The position numbers were made by a program, and so were the translations under genes. The notes under the pieces were generated by a model that was not told where the DNA came from, made no database searches, and was given only the letters and a program-made list of their open reading frames with translations. Shown piece by piece: positions 61,494-64,000 of a DNA stretch of 64,000 nucleotides (the stretch's first letter is position 1; each line of letters starts with the position of its first letter). Origin of the DNA: Felis catus (lineage: Eukaryota); contig NC_058369.1 in the NCBI RefSeq assembly GCF_018350175.1, positions 120,714,001 to 120,778,000 on the forward strand, written 5' to 3'.

Positions 61494-62783
61494 CTGAGGA
61501 TGAAATAAATAAGCAGGTATAAACACCGAGAAACACATGCTGTGGCGCCCTCAGGGAGATACCACACGGGAAGGAAATCGACCTTATTCCAAAGGCCAAG
61601 CCTCTGAGCTGGGATTTCTGCCACACTACCCCATGTGCCTTTACCCATCCCCATGGTGGGGGCAGTGCTGCATTTCACCTTTTGCCTCTCCCCTCCACCA
61701 ACCCCAAATAGAACAACAGCGCAAAGCTCTGCCCTGGGGTCAGTGGCTGAGCTGTCCTGATTCTACAATGTGGACCCTGCCAGATATTGATTTAAAGGGG
61801 AGCCATTCACCTTTCCTGCCCACCCCCCAACGCTGCACTATCAAAAGACCCAAAGTTGTCCCCTCTCTGAAACCTGGAGGGTGCATTGCTCTGTCCTGCT
61901 AAGAAGGAACTCTCTAGGCTGGAGATGAACGATAGTTTGTGTGTGTGCGTGTGTTTTCATTTTTTTTATTTGTGAGAAATATGGCCACTAAAGCCCCTTC
62001 ACCTTCAGTAGAGAAGTTTTAAAATAAAGATTAGTTTGAAACCAACACTTCCTTACACCTAGAAGCGCATAGACAACCAAGCTGTAAATCCAGAAGAAGC
62101 TGCCACTTACTTTGTGTCAAAAATCTGCATAAAGGATGCACCTCAACTAGGTGTAAACATTTTTGTTTTTGCTTTCCCTAAACACACAAGGGAACAGGAC
62201 ATTTCATTCGACTTCTTTTGAAATACACAATTGTAGACGAGGAAAGAGGATGGCTGACAAAACTTGGTGGGAAAAGAGGGAACAAGTACGTTGGACTTTT
62301 TTTTTTTCTCCCTATTTATCTGTTTTCTCGGAACCATCTGGGGCGTGAGAGAAATCAGAGAAATCAGTTAGGGGCCAACGACACTCCTGATCTGCAGAAG
62401 CTAACTCTAAAGTTACTCTCCTATTTTTCTGTTTATTGGACTCAATTTCAGAAGAACTTCCAAAGGAGAACCCCACATTTTGCTCCTAGATGGGGCTCAC
62501 TGTGATAAATGAAGGAGACTAGCTTTGACTTTTGAAATCTACAACTCTGCTAGAAATGTTAGGAATTCCAATACTAAACAATAACCCATGATATGGGGAA
62601 GCCAGATCATCAGTCGAAAGAAACCAATCCCTTATCCTGGATGATATAATTCAGTGAACAGGACATTTCATAAGATTAAAAATGAGAGGAGAGAAAGTAG
62701 CAAGTAAAATTCCTCCAAACTCAGATTTAAAGATATATGCTGGAAAAACGACATCTCAGATGGTGTTTAAGAGATTAAATTCT

Positions 62784-63014
62784 GGGGCGCCTGGGTGGCG
62801 CAGTCGGTTGAGCGTCCGACTTCAGCCAGGTCACGATCTCGCGGTCCGTGGGTTCGAGCCCCGCGTCAGGCTCTGGGCTGATGGCTCAGAGCCTGGAACC
62901 TGTTTCCAATTCTGTGTCTCCCTCTCTCTCTGCCCCTCCCCCGTTCATGCTCTGTCTCTCTCTGTCCCAAAAATAAATAAACGTTGAAAAAAAAAAAATT
63001 AAAAAAAAAAAAAA
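62784..63014 (+). mobile_element. Young SINEC_Fc-type SINE
   Basis: TSD aagagattaaattctg. Confidence 0.96.
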
Positions 63015-63087
63015 GAGATTAAATTCTGTTTTATAAAGAAAACCCTAAACCTGTTTCTTTTCCCTATTTTAAAAAAAAATGTTTTTT

Positions 63088-63306
63088 GGGGCGCCTGGGT
63101 GGCTCAGTCGGTTAAGCGTCCAACTTCAGCTCAGGTCACCATCTCGCGCTCCATGAGTTCAAGCCCCGCATCGGGCTCTGGGCTAATGGCTCAGAGCCTG
63201 GAGCCTGCTTCCAATTCTGTGTCTCCCTCTCTCTCTGCCCCTCCCCCGTTCATGCTCTGTCTCTCTGTGTCTCAAAAATAAACGTTAAAAAAAAATTTAA
63301 AAAAAA
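63088..63306 (+). mobile_element. CanSINE inserted in the tail of the adjacent minus-strand SINE
   Basis: Inner TSD aaaaaaaatgtttttt. Confidence 0.95.
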
Positions 63307-63525
63307 TGTTTTTTAAACGTTTATTTTTATTTTTGAGAGAGACAGAGACAGGGACAGAGTGTGAGTGGGGGAGGGGCAGAGAGCAAGGGAGACACAGAAT
63401 CCAAACAGGCTCCAGGCTCCGAGCTGTCAGCACAGAGCCCGACGCGGGGCTCGAACTCGGGAACGGCGAGATCATGACCTAGGCTGAAGGGGGTCGCTTA
63501 ATCAACTGAGCCACCCAGGCACCCC
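63307..63525 (-). mobile_element. CanSINE
   Basis: Degenerate outer TSD ttccct(t)atttt. Confidence 0.94.
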
Positions 63526-63615
63526 TCTTTTCCCTTATTTTTTAAATGTACCTTATATAAAGGAAAAAGACAAGAGAGGCCCACTTGGCATTTCATAGGA
63601 CCATCGGATACTCAC

Positions 63616-63674
63616 TGGATTATCAATGTAAAGCATGGAAAATGTGGTGATCCAAGAAAACTCTCTGGGACGCA
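63616..63674 (-). CDS. CPVL: CPVL coding exon (human exon 5 equivalent), 59 nt, xRPREFSWITTFSMLYIDNP
   Basis: Acceptor ttttactag|, donor |gtgagt. Translation matches the S10 W...LYIDNP motif and recalled human RDRDFPWTTTLSMLYIDNP. Phase 1 in, phase 0 out. Confidence 0.95.
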
Positions 63675-64000
63675 CTAGTAAAACAGAGAAGAGGTTTGAG
63701 AGTGGGTCGTTAACCAACCAGCCCACCTACGGCCTGGCTCTGGTCAGCAGCCCAGCAAGCCCACCTGTCCCCATCGTGTCGATGAACTCCTGGGGTCCCT
63801 TTGACACTGCTTCAGCCTCATACTGTAGGGAACAGACACCAGCACCTTTTTTCTTCTCCCCTCTTCTCCTCTACTTTTCCCGGACCTAGAGAAACCCCCA
63901 GAGGGTTTCTCCATCTAGGATAAAGTTTGGAAACAAAACCCCTTGCAACTGTTTAGCTTAGAAAAAAACCCCATAAACCTCCTATCTGTCTGGTCCAATC

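Larger units (their letters stand above)
1..64000 (-). other. CPVL: CPVL gene body, partial at both ends. Complete introns are 2122, 6118, 14709, 534, 5230, 1725 and 27243 nt
   Basis: Eight collinear in-frame exons. No start exon and no His-containing terminal exon (GGGH-type motif) found in the window. Confidence 0.92.

Overview
This is mammalian genomic DNA, almost certainly felid, given its dense SINEC_Fc-type CanSINEs. The whole window lies inside one minus-strand gene, CPVL (carboxypeptidase vitellogenic-like, serine carboxypeptidase family S10). Eight consecutive coding exons can be read directly, with GT-AG junctions and one open frame of 917 nt. They correspond to human exons 5-12, about residues 135-440, by recalled human numbering. 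They include the catalytic Ser (GE|SYAG) and the catalytic Asp (NGQLD). The 5' exons and the last exon carrying the catalytic His fall outside the window. The introns hold about 43 CanSINEs (about 22 plus, 21 minus, many with target-site duplications), old L1/L2/MIR fragments, MaLR LTRs, hAT MITEs (MER33, MER53, MER81), microsatellites and six N runs. Most ORFs in the supplied track are SINE or microsatellite artefacts. I see no evidence of a genuinely new biological system. The best leads are repeat-driven effects on CPVL RNA processing (an antisense SINE next to the catalytic exon, nested inverted SINE pairs, a tiny L1 stub with a poly(A) signal, symmetric exons flanked by inverted SINEs), a palindromic MER53, and a twin-hairpin repair-like scar. 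Repeat subfamily names and human comparisons are from memory, not from a search.
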